DNA of 54,485 nt from an uncultured virus (IMG/VR IMGVR_UViG_3300035698_034156) (taxonomy: Duplodnaviria > Heunggongvirae > Uroviricota > Caudoviricetes), in IMG/VR virus record IMGVR_UViG_3300035698_034156; one strand, written 5' to 3'. The notes beneath the pieces were generated by a model, which saw nothing but the letters and a program-made list of their open reading frames with translations, searched no databases and was not told the DNA's origin. Each line of letters begins with the position of its first letter. The stretch's first letter is position 1. A program made the position numbers and the translations under genes. This document shows, piece after piece, positions 1 through 11,500 of this stretch.

Positions 1-3000
1 ATGGCGTTTTCTTGTGATAATGCTTCGTGGAGTGGGTGGGAATCATACAATACTTCGTTTTCAAATTTCAACTTTGAAACTGGTGCTGGTTGTAGTGCTG
101 GAGATGGTTCTAAAACTATTTATGTAAAATACAGAGATAATCTTGACACTGAAAGTTCGAGTGTGAATGACTCAACATATTATGACACGACTGCGCCATC
201 TACTTCTGATAACCATGTTGAGGGTTGGCAGACCGTTGGTTTTAGTTTTACTTTGACTCCGAGTGACGGTTCGGGTTCTGGCATTGCGTCTACTGCGTTC
301 CGTGTGGATGGTGGGGATTGGAATGCTAACATGATTGTTTGGGTTGTTGCAGATGGAAATTATCAGGTAGATTATAACTCAACTGATAATCTTGGGAACG
401 CGGAAATTACTAATACTATCTGGGCTTCGCTTGATTCAACTGCGCCAACTACAACAATCATTGATTATAATGCTGATTGGCAGTCAACAGACCAGAATGT
501 TATTTTGTCTTGTTCAGATACAACATCAGGTTGTGTAACAACAAGTTACAGAATTGACTCTGGAGCATGGCAAGCATTCAGTTCAAGTATTTTGTTCACT
601 GACGGCAACAAACAACTTGACTATAATTCAACAGACAATGTTGAAAACGTGGAAACAACAAACACCACTTGGGTTGCAGTTGACAAAAATTCTCCAACAG
701 CTTCAGACGATTCCGATACAGATTGGCACGGAAACAACATCACTATTACGATTACTCCGACTGATGGTTCAGGTGGTTCAGGTGTAAATTTCACTAAGTG
801 GTGTCAGGACACTGCTGGAACTTGCACGCCTTCGATTACTGGTGTTTCAGTTGTAACTATTTGTGCAGATGACGATATTAACTCACAATATGTTAGATAT
901 CAAGTAACTGATAATGTAGGGAATACATCATCAATTTATACTTCTGAACTAATAAAGATTGACCGAGAAGACCCAACATCAACAGATGACGCCACTACAA
1001 CATGGTTTAATTCAAATCAAACTATTATAATTACTCCTGATGATGCAAGTGGTTCAGGTGTTGCGTCAACATTGTGGTGTCAGGACACAACAGGTAACTG
1101 CACACCAATGAATATTGGAACATCAGCTTTGACAATTTGTGTTGATGGAGATGTGAATACTCAATATGTTAGATATAAAATAACTGATAATGCATCTAAT
1201 ACATCAGGAATTTACACTTCTGATAAAATATCAATTGACCGAGAAGACCCAACAACAACAATAACTGATTACAATGCAGGATGGCAACCAAGAGACCAAA
1301 ACATTATTCTAAGTTGTAGTGATGGAACAGGCTCAGCTTGTGATATAACAAAATATAGAATTGATTCAGGAGCGTGGATTGAGTTTTCATCAAATATTCT
1401 TTTCATTGACGGAAATAAACAACTTGACTACAACTCAACTGACACAGCTTCAAATATCGAAACTATGAATACGGTTTGGGTTGCAGTTGACAAAAATTCT
1501 CCAACAGCTTCAGACGATTCCGATACAGATTGGCACGGAAACAACATCACTATTACGATTACTCCGAATGGTTCAGGTGGTTCAGGTATTGCTTCGACTG
1601 TATGGTGTCAAGATACATCTGGAACTTGTACTCCGACTAATACTGGAACAAGCGCTGTAAGTATATGTGCTGATGGAGATGTTAACTCACAGTATGTTAG
1701 ATATCAAGTAACAGATAATGCAGGAAATGATTCTTCAATTTATACTTCAAAATTAATTAAAATTGATAGAGAAGACCCAACAGCAACAGATAATTCTGAT
1801 ATAAGTTGGCATTCAGATAATGTTACAATAACAATAACGCCGACAGACGGAAGTGGTTCTGGAGCAGATGTTAATTTGTGGTGTCAGGACACGGCTGGAA
1901 CTTGTACACCTGTTATTGCAGGAACTTCTGTTACAACAGTTTGTGTAGATGGGGATGTAAACCAACAATATGTTAGATATCAAATAACTGATAGTATTGG
2001 AAATGATTCTTCAATTTACACTTCTGAATTAATAAAGATTGATAGAGAAAAACCAACAGTGGGAACTACAACATTAGCTGGTGGATTTACTGAATCATCA
2101 GGATACATTAAGGGAACAAGCACAGTTTCAGCAACAGCAGATGATGGAAGTGGAAGTGGAATAGATGATACAACATGTGAGTACACAGTAGATAACGGAG
2201 TAAACTGGTTATCAGGAACATATAGTGGTGGAAGTTGCATATCAGGAAATATTATTATTTCAAACGCAACCATTTACGATTTCAATATTCGTATTTCAGA
2301 TAATAACGGAAACACAGGAGTTGGAACAAAAACTTTAACTTATACAGGAGACACTCAAGCACCAACAACAAGCGATGATTCCGATACAACAACACATCCA
2401 CCGAACTATAATGTAACAATTTCAGAAGCAGATAATTATTCTTCAACCGCACAAATAACAACTTATTATTGTAAGGACACAGTTGGAACATGCACTCCAA
2501 CAACAGGAATAAATGACGGTGAAATGGTTTTGTTCACTTCATCTGATAGAGGAGTAAACCATCTTAGGTATTACTCAACTGATGTTTTAGGAACCGCGCA
2601 AACAGTTGTTGACAAGGACATAAACATTAATCAATTACCAACGTTTACATCTGCTGTTGATGACGCAGGAACCATTAAAGGTGGAATAACGGTAACAGTA
2701 ACAACCGTGGCAAGCGACCCAGATTGGGACCAAACACTTAAATTATATGTTTGTAAAACAAATTCAGCAACATCCGCGGGATGCACAGGAGCTGAATATT
2801 GTAATGATACATCGAACAAAACTAATCCAACATGTAACTGGGTTTCAGAAAGCGATGATATATTACATAATTGGTATGCGTATGTTTATGATTTAAACGA
2901 TGAAGCGGCAATAGGAAATTCTAAAACAGGAAGTTATACAAATGATTCAACCGTTCCAACAATATCTAATGTAATACCAGTTGATTCCAGCACGGTTTAC

Positions 3001-5217
3001 AACAAATCTGTAAGTTTTACAGTTTTCGACGCAATAGGAATTAGTGACATCAATGTATGGGTTAACAATGCGGTTTCAACAGATTTTATTCAAAGTTCTC
3101 ATTGTTCTGGAACAACAACAATTAACTGTGGATACATTGAATCAGGAATAATCACAGGAGACAATAACATATGGATAGATGCAAATGACAGTTTTGACCA
3201 GAGAAGTGCAAGCACACAAATAGATTTCACAGCTTCTTTAACATCTCCTAACATCAATATAACAAGTCCTAACAATGGATATGTTAGTGGTGAAACACAA
3301 AAAATTATATGGACTGTTTCAGATGACGATGCAGATGACTTAACCGCAGATATTTATATTTCAACATCAGCAGGAAATCAAACATATTTAATAGTTGAAG
3401 ATTTAAATCTTTTAGATACATTAATTTGTTCAGATTATTCAGGAGACACAAGTGTACAGTATTCATGTGAATATGACTGGAACACTTTCGCATACTCAGG
3501 AGGAACTTTAAATGAAGAATCTTACTGGGTAGATATAAATGTGGCGGATATAGGTTCAAATACATCTCTGGATTCCAGCAATAATTATATAACAATAAAT
3601 AATATTCCAAATATAAAAATTGTTAGTCCAATACCGCCAGGTTTTATTAGTCAATATCGAAATTCGTTGGATACAGATACTTCAATAGATTTTAATATTG
3701 TTTCAGGAACATCAACAGAAGATATTAGCATAACTTTATATTATTCTGATTCTCCTAGCGGAACAGATAATACAATGGTAGAAGATTGGAATGTTGTAAA
3801 TACAACGAACTGCCCAACATTTACTGACGCAAACAAAGAATGGCAATGCAGTTACGACTGGGATACAACAAGTGTTCCAGATGGGAATTATTATCTTTCA
3901 ATGACAGCTTCAAATTTTGTGGATAATAATACAATATCACAATTAACATCTTTCTTAGTTGACCAAACATATCCTTTAACAATAAGTGATGCTAATTCAA
4001 CATGGCAGAACACAGATGCAAATGTAATATTGAATTGTAGTGATTCAGGTAGTGGGTGCGATGTAACATCTTATAGAAAAGACACAGATGATAGCACTGC
4101 GATAAGTTGGGGTAGTTGGTTAACATACATAGAAGGAGAAGGAATTCTGTTCGATGTTGACGGAAACTATGGTTTAGATTTTACTTCAAAAGATAACGCT
4201 GAAAATATTAAAACAATTAGCCGAGCATTTGTATTAAAAGATTCAGGTAATCCAATCGTATTAGATACTAGCCCAGATGCAAACACTTCAATGGAAGCTT
4301 CAACTTACACTTTTGAATGTCAAACATACGATGGAAGGTCAGGAGTAAAACGGTGTTATTACGATGTTTACAAAGACAATATTTTAAGTGTGTCAGGAGC
4401 AACAGTTAACCCAGTTGATGGGAATTGCAATTATAATATAACTGAAACAAACGTAAAATATTTTGTTATTTGGACAATCGAAGATAATACAAGTAATTTA
4501 TCAAGCGATTCTCAAAGTTTTGCGATGACATTAACAAGCAGTGCAGTAGTTAATCCCCCAAGCAGTGGTGGCGGAGGTGGTTCTGATGATAATGTTATTG
4601 TAGTTGTAGAAGGAGCAGTTGTCGGAGAACCTTGTGAAATGAATGAGGATTGCGCAGGTGGATTAATTTGCTTAGAAAACGTGTGCTCTAAATCCGAAGT
4701 TATTTCATCCACATTAATAGATATCATTTTTTCAACAAAAGTGATAGAAATGGGAGCTTCATCTCAAAGAACTTTCAGTATGACAATATTAAACAAAACT
4801 GAGGGAATTATCCCACTCGAAATATTTTTAGATGAAAATTTATCGAAATACATAGATTTGAACTATTTTAAGTTCAGTTTACAGCCAAAACAGTACAAAA
4901 ACGTGCTTTTCACGATTGAAACAGATGAAAACTTTTCTGGGATAATAAAGGGTTCGATTGAAACAAACATAAATGAAGGGCAATCATACCAAGTAAGTTA
5001 TATTGCGATAAAACATAGCGAAAACCCACTGGGAGACATTTTATCGTTGGTTTTAATTCCTTTTCCAAATCCTTTACCTGGGATTGGATATGCTTTAACC
5101 ATTGGAACTCTGGTGTTTATTGTGATAGTAGTGGTTGCTTTGTTGTTAATTCGAGGGATTAGAATTAAAAGAAAAAAGATAAAGATTAAGAATAAATACT
5201 TTAGAGGAGTATATTAA
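1..5217 (+). CDS. Giant membrane-anchored surface protein with Ig-like repeats (5' end outside the window)
   Basis: Tandem ~70-100 aa Cys-paired beta modules ending D..AP/P; SSGGGGG linker; Cys-rich module (CEMNEDCAGGLICLENVC); C-terminal TM helix and basic tail. Begins inside an EMAFSC repeat shared with the next ORF. Confidence 0.85.
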   Translation: MAFSCDNASWSGWESYNTSFSNFNFETGAGCSAGDGSKTIYVKYRDNLDTESSSVNDSTYYDTTAPSTSDNHVEGWQTVGFSFTLTPSDGSGSGIASTAFRVDGGDWNANMIVWVVADGNYQVDYNSTDNLGNAEITNTIWASLDSTAPTTTIIDYNADWQSTDQNVILSCSDTTSGCVTTSYRIDSGAWQAFSSSILFTDGNKQLDYNSTDNVENVETTNTTWVAVDKNSPTASDDSDTDWHGNNITITITPTDGSGGSGVNFTKWCQDTAGTCTPSITGVSVVTICADDDINSQYVRYQVTDNVGNTSSIYTSELIKIDREDPTSTDDATTTWFNSNQTIIITPDDASGSGVASTLWCQDTTGNCTPMNIGTSALTICVDGDVNTQYVRYKITDNASNTSGIYTSDKISIDREDPTTTITDYNAGWQPRDQNIILSCSDGTGSACDITKYRIDSGAWIEFSSNILFIDGNKQLDYNSTDTASNIETMNTVWVAVDKNSPTASDDSDTDWHGNNITITITPNGSGGSGIASTVWCQDTSGTCTPTNTGTSAVSICADGDVNSQYVRYQVTDNAGNDSSIYTSKLIKIDREDPTATDNSDISWHSDNVTITITPTDGSGSGADVNLWCQDTAGTCTPVIAGTSVTTVCVDGDVNQQYVRYQITDSIGNDSSIYTSELIKIDREKPTVGTTTLAGGFTESSGYIKGTSTVSATADDGSGSGIDDTTCEYTVDNGVNWLSGTYSGGSCISGNIIISNATIYDFNIRISDNNGNTGVGTKTLTYTGDTQAPTTSDDSDTTTHPPNYNVTISEADNYSSTAQITTYYCKDTVGTCTPTTGINDGEMVLFTSSDRGVNHLRYYSTDVLGTAQTVVDKDININQLPTFTSAVDDAGTIKGGITVTVTTVASDPDWDQTLKLYVCKTNSATSAGCTGAEYCNDTSNKTNPTCNWVSESDDILHNWYAYVYDLNDEAAIGNSKTGSYTNDSTVPTISNVIPVDSSTVYNKSVSFTVFDAIGISDINVWVNNAVSTDFIQSSHCSGTTTINCGYIESGIITGDNNIWIDANDSFDQRSASTQIDFTASLTSPNINITSPNNGYVSGETQKIIWTVSDDDADDLTADIYISTSAGNQTYLIVEDLNLLDTLICSDYSGDTSVQYSCEYDWNTFAYSGGTLNEESYWVDINVADIGSNTSLDSSNNYITINNIPNIKIVSPIPPGFISQYRNSLDTDTSIDFNIVSGTSTEDISITLYYSDSPSGTDNTMVEDWNVVNTTNCPTFTDANKEWQCSYDWDTTSVPDGNYYLSMTASNFVDNNTISQLTSFLVDQTYPLTISDANSTWQNTDANVILNCSDSGSGCDVTSYRKDTDDSTAISWGSWLTYIEGEGILFDVDGNYGLDFTSKDNAENIKTISRAFVLKDSGNPIVLDTSPDANTSMEASTYTFECQTYDGRSGVKRCYYDVYKDNILSVSGATVNPVDGNCNYNITETNVKYFVIWTIEDNTSNLSSDSQSFAMTLTSSAVVNPPSSGGGGGSDDNVIVVVEGAVVGEPCEMNEDCAGGLICLENVCSKSEVISSTLIDIIFSTKVIEMGASSQRTFSMTILNKTEGIIPLEIFLDENLSKYIDLNYFKFSLQPKQYKNVLFTIETDENFSGIIKGSIETNINEGQSYQVSYIAIKHSENPLGDILSLVLIPFPNPLPGIGYALTIGTLVFIVIVVVALLLIRGIRIKRKKIKIKNKYFRGVY

Positions 5218-5297
5218 TGGTTAAGGAAGAAAATATTTTGTTTTTAAAGATTAAAAGACAAAAGAATAAGAATAAATACTTTCGAGGTATATATTAA
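5217..5297 (+). CDS. 26-aa micro-ORF duplicating the cytoplasmic tail of the upstream protein
   Basis: TAATG overlap with the upstream stop; MVKEENILFLKIKRQKNKNKYFRGIY versus upstream ...KIKNKYFRGVY. Confidence 0.35.
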   Translation: MVKEENILFLKIKRQKNKNKYFRGIY

Positions 5298-5434
5298 TAT
5301 AGGGTCGGAGTTTATTATAGATAGGTCGGGGTTTATGAAAATAGTTACTGTAAGGATACTAATTCTAATGGCATTTGTTTACGCTAAACCTAAAGCTTTA
5401 GTCGGTGTTTTGTATAAATAAAAGAACTTTGCGT

Positions 5435-5501
5435 TTAAGAGCGTGTGCTGGTTTCTTGCAACCATCCCCAAGATTTTTGTTAGTTCCAGCCACGCTTTTA
5501 A
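5435..5501 (+). promoter_or_regulatory. Strong stem-loop just upstream of the giant adhesin RBS
   Basis: TTAAGAGCGTG(T)GCTGG pairs with CCAGCCACGCTTTTAA; ends 21 nt before the ATG. Confidence 0.55.
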
Positions 5502-5522
5502 TACTTCAAGGAGAAGGATTGA

Positions 5523-8500
5523 ATGAATAAAAAGATACTATTAGCTTTAACATTCGTTTTCTTGTTGTGTGCAGGACAAGGAGTTTTTGGAACTGATACT
5601 TCTTTTGGTTCAGAATATGCTTTCAATGAAGTAAATACCGCATATAATTCTGTTTCTGCTCTTGATTCAACAAGTTTTGTTGTTGCGTTTAAAGATGATG
5701 GCGGAGCCGATTATGGAATAGCTATGATTGGAACTACTAATATATTAGATAATAACGTAATTACATTTGGTTCAGAGTACGTTTTTAATGCGACAAATAC
5801 TCGTAATATCAAGGTTTCTGCTTTTGATTCAACAAGTTTTGTTGTTGTGTTCAGAGATGATGGCGGAGATGATTATGGAATAGCTATGATTGGAACTGTT
5901 TCAGATACTAACGTAATTACATTTGGTTCAGAGTACGTTTTTAATAGCACGATTACAGATGATATTTATGTTTCTGCTCTTGATTCTTCTCATTTTGTTG
6001 TTACATTTAATGATGATGGCGGAGATGATTATGGAATAGCTATGATTGGAACTGTTTCAGATACTAACGTAATTACATTTGGTTCAGAGTACGTTTTTAA
6101 TGCATCAGATACGTGGAATCCTGATATTGCAGTTTTTGATTCAACACATTTTGTAGTTGTGTATCGAGACCCTGGTAATTCAAGCAAAGGAACTGCGATT
6201 ATTGGAACTGTTTCTGATTGGAATGAAATTGCTTATGGTTCAGAATATCTTTTTAATAATGGATTTACATCTTTTACTTCTGTTTCTGCTCTTGATTCAA
6301 CAAGTTTTGTTGTTGCGTTCAGAGATGAAAGTGCGGCAAATTCTGGAAGGGCATCAATTGGAACTGTTTCAAATGTTGACAATATTGCATTTGGTTCAGA
6401 ATATGTGTTTAATGCACAAAGTTCATCGGAAATTGATGTTTCTGTGCTTGATTCTTCTCATTTTGTAGTTATATATCAAGATTATTATAATGCACAAAAA
6501 GGAACTGCGATTATTGGAAATATTTTTAGTATTGATGAGATTCGTTATGATTCTAATTATGTTTTTAATGAAATATATACAGATTATATGTCTGTTTCTG
6601 CTCTTGATTCTTCTCATTTTGTAATTGTATACAGAGATAATGGTGGAGATGATTATGGAATAGCTATGATTGGAACTATGAATTACGACTACGATTTTAT
6701 CACTACTTGTAATTGGACTGATACTGGAACTTATACTTTACACGCTTACAGGGGTTCTGACACAGATATTGCAGATAGTGTTTCTTTGTTTTACAGGAAA
6801 AAAGGAGACCCTGACTGGATTGAAACCACCAATGGAGAAGTAGTAATTGATTCTAATGGAGAATGGGAGATTGGAAACGATTGGAACTCATCAGGAAGTA
6901 ATCGTTTAACACATGCCTATTATTATAATTATGATATTAATGAGATTACTTCTGTTACTATGAAGCTTTTTGGAGGAACTAGTTCTGGCAATCATTTTTT
7001 AAATCAAGCTTTTCGAAATTCTTATGTGGTTTCAGTAAATAATTTTAATTTCCCAAGTGATATGACAATCGCTGGGAATTATTTTATGAATTATGCATTT
7101 AAAGGATGTTCAAAATTAACTTCGATGGGAAATTTCAATCTTCCAACTGAAGTAACCATTGTAGCCGATGATTTTTTGGATTATACTTGGGGTGATTGTA
7201 CTAATTTAACTTCTATGCCTGTTGGTTTTCAGATTCCAACAGGAATAACTTCAGCAGGATATAGTTTTATTGCTCGTACTTGGAGTGGTTGTTCTTCTTT
7301 AACTTTAATGCCTGAAGGTTTTAATCTTCCTACAGGATTAACAATAGCAAATCCTTATTTTTTAGCAAGTACTTGGGATGGTTGTTCTGGTTTAACTTCT
7401 ATGCCTGCTGGATTTGATATTCCAAGCGGAATAACATCAGTAGGCGCAGGTTTTTTTAAATACACTTGGAGTAGTTGCACAAGTTTAACTTCTATGCCTG
7501 TTGGTTTTCAAATCCCAACAGGAATAACTTCAACAGACGATGATTTTTTAGACAGCACTTGGAAAAGTTGTTCTTCTTTAACTTCTATGCCTGTTGGTTT
7601 TCAGATTCCTACAGGAATAACAGGTTATACTGGTTCAGATTTTTTAAAAGATACTTGGAATGGTTGTACTTCTTTAGTTTCGATGCCTGTTGAGTTTGAT
7701 ATTCCAAGCGGACTAACTTCAGTCGATGGTGATTTTATGGAGCAAACTTGGTATAATTGCCCTGCTTTGAATAACGATGATTATACTAAACCTGTTACTT
7801 TCGAATTTACTACTGGAACTAATACCTTTGGGGGAACTACTCCAATAGTAGCAGATGACCCAATCGAAGGAACGAAAGAAACACCAGTAGAAATAGAAGT
7901 TAATAGACCTCTCCCAGATTACGATTTTATTGTAACTAGCAATTGGACTGACACTGGGACTTATACTTTAAAAGCGTACAGAGGTTCTTCTACTGATGTT
8001 GTCACAAGTTATTCTTTGTTTTACAGAAAGAAAGGAGATGCTGATTGGATTGAGACCACTAACGGAGAAGTGGTAATTGATTCCAATGGTGAATGGGAAA
8101 TAGGAAACGATTGGAACAAATCAGGAAACGATGCTTTAACTCATTCTTATTATGGAATTACGGATATTAATGCTGTAACTGACGTTTATTTTAATGAAAC
8201 TTCGCTTGGGGCGACAGTAGGAACTGATTTTTTGAACAGTACTTGGTATGGTTGTTCTGGTTTAACTTCTATGCCTGTTGGGTTTCAGATTCCAACAGGA
8301 ATAACAACAGTAGGAGATTACTTTTTAGGAAGTACTTGGTATGGTTCTGGTTTAACTTCTATGCCTGTTGGGTTTCAGATTCCAACAGGAATAACAACAA
8401 TCGGTAATTATTTTATGTATCAAACTTGGAAAGATTGCACTTCTTTAACTTCAATGCCTGCTTTGTTTAATTTATCAACAGGTATAACCGATGCCCAATC

Positions 8501-11500
8501 TCATTTTTTATATCAAACTTGGTTTGGTTGTACTTCTTTAATATCTATGCCATACGGATTTAATATCCCAACAGGAATAACAGTAGTAGATAATTTTTGG
8601 TTATATAGGACTTGGAGTGGTTGTACTAGTTTAGAAACAATGCCTGCTTTGTTTAATTTACCAACAGGTATAACAGATTTTAAATTATTTCCTTTAAATG
8701 AGACTTGGAATAATTGCACTGCTTTGAATAATGATGCTTATACTGAACCGATTACTTTTGAGTTCACTACTGGAACTGATACTTTTGGTGGAACTTGCCC
8801 AATAGTGGCAGATAGCCCGATTGTTGGAACGAAAGAAACACCAGTATTAATAGAAGTTAATAGACCTGCAAAGTATTGGGTTGGTGGAACAGGAAACTGG
8901 AGTGATACTGCTCATTGGTCGGATAGTTCAGGTGGAGCTGGAGGAGAAGCTTTACCAACCAGTTCAGATAATGTTATTTTTGATACTTCAAGTTCGACTG
9001 CAAACGCAGCTTATACTATGACTGTTGATGCGACTGCTAATTGTCTTGATTTTATAATGGATGGTCCTGACCCAGTAGACGGTGCTAAAGTTACTTGGGC
9101 TGGTTCTTTTACTTTAAATATTTATGGAGATTTAAATCTTAGTGGTGGAACTGCTGGAATAACGAGAACGTATACTGGAGCAATTACATTTCTTCCAGCA
9201 ACTGGTACTTCGAAAACAGTAACTTTAAATTCAGTTGTTTTAACTGGTGTAATGAATATGAATGGAGAGGGAACACTAATTTTTACTGATAAATTAGATA
9301 TAACAGTAAATAAATTTGACCATAAACAAGGAACTGTCACTTTTAATGATGATTCGAGTATGGGACAGTTTTCTAGTAATTATTCAACTACTCGAACTAT
9401 TAATTTGGGTTCAGGAACAATGGAACTAAAAACAAGTGGTTCAGCTGTTTGGACAATAATAACAACTACTGGATTAACTTTTAATTCTGATTCTTCAACT
9501 ATAAAAATTGTAAATAGTGGTGCTACTAATGTTACTTTTTGGTCTGGTAATTTAACTTTTAATAATTTGTGGGATGCTTCTACTGGAGTTGGTTATACTT
9601 ATTTATATGGTTCTGGTACTTTTAATGATTTAAAAATAGATGCAAATACAACTTTTAAATTCGGCGCTGGCAAAACTACAACAATTAGTAGTTTAACAGC
9701 TATTGGAACTTCGGGCAATGAAATTACTTTAACAGGAAACACTGCTGCTGGTTGGACTATTTCCGATTCAACTGGAACTAATGCTGTTGAATATTGTGAT
9801 ATTTCTTATTCAACCGCTACGGGTGGAGCAACTTGGGATGCTTCAGATGGAACAAGCACTGACAGTGGAGATAACACTGGTTGGAGTTGGCCAAATAATG
9901 CTCCAACTCTTGCTTCTGTTGACTTAAATGCGTATTATGGTAAAACTGGTGACACCATTAAGATTACCGCTAGCACTTCAGCTGATGTTGATAGTGATTC
10001 TTTGAATTTGTATTGTGCAACTTCTTCACCTGCGAGTTCTGCAAATTCTGATTTCTGTTCTGATGTTGATAACGCTTCACCGTACTCAGATGTTTCGTGT
10101 GTTGGAACAGCTGTCGCAGGAGACGCAAATCACACAATTTACTGTAAACTTTACGATGGAACTGATTACTCTAGTGAATATTCTGATATTTACGCTTCGG
10201 ATAATACTGCTCCTAGTGTTGGGGTTACAACAATCACTGGTTTCACGACTTATTGGAATGTTGACACAAACTACATTAAAGGAACTGGGGATATTATTGG
10301 TGGAGTTGCAACGGATGCAGGTAGTAACCTAAATACAAGTTCGTGTGAATATACCATTAATGGTGGAGCTAGTTGGATTTCTGGAAGTTGGAATACTGAC
10401 CACTGTGAAAAAACATCATATGTTATCACTAATACAACAGTTTACGATTTTAATACGCAAATAAGCGATGCTGTTTCAAACACTGGTGCTGGAACTGGAA
10501 CAGAACAATATATTGGTGACACTGTTGCTCCAACTGGTGGGAGTATTGTAATAACTGATTCTAGCGGTTATACAACTGATAGTACTCCTGCGTTAACTCT
10601 TTCAGCGAGTGACGCTGGTTCTGGGATGAAGGAAATGGCGTTTTCGTGCAATAATTCAAGTTGGAGTTCTTGGGAAACTTATGATACAAGTTTTTCAACA
10701 TTTAATATAGAAACAGGAGAAGGATGTGGTGCAGGAAACGGAAGCAAAACAATCTATGTTAAGTACAGAGATAACCTTGACACTGAAAGCTCAAGTACAA
10801 ATGATACAACTTATCTTGACACAACAGGACCAACATCCCCAAGTATTACAATAGTTGATACCGATAGTTATACTAAAGATACTACACCAAGCTTAACATT
10901 GTCAGCAACAGATGCTGGTTCTGATTTGAAGGAAATGGCATTTTCGTGTAATGATTCTGATTGGAGTTCATGGGAAACTTACAATGTTTCATTCACTACT
11001 TTCAATGTTGAAACAGGCGAAGGATGTTCAGCTGGTGACGGAGCAAAAACAGTTTACGTTAAATTCCGTGATAATTTAGATAATGAAAGTGCGAGCGCTA
11101 ATGATTCAACAACTCTTGATACTATTGCCCCAATAAATGGAAGCATTGTAATAACTGATACAACAGGTTACACAACGGACACCACTCCAGCATTAACTTT
11201 ATTTGCGGAAGACGCTGGAAGTGGGATAAATGAAATGGCGTTCTCTTGTGATAATGCTTCTTGGTCAGGTTGGGAAACTTACAATGTTTCGTTTACTACA
11301 TTCAATATTGAAACTGGTGCTGGTTGTAGTGCTGGTGACGGAGCAAAAACAATTTATGCAAAATATAGGGATAACTTGGATACAGAGAGTTCGAGTGTTA
11401 ACGATTCTACAAACCTTGATACAACCGCTCCGATAAATGGGAGCATTGTAATAACCGATACAACAGGTTATACTAAAGATGTAAGCCCAGACCTAACATT

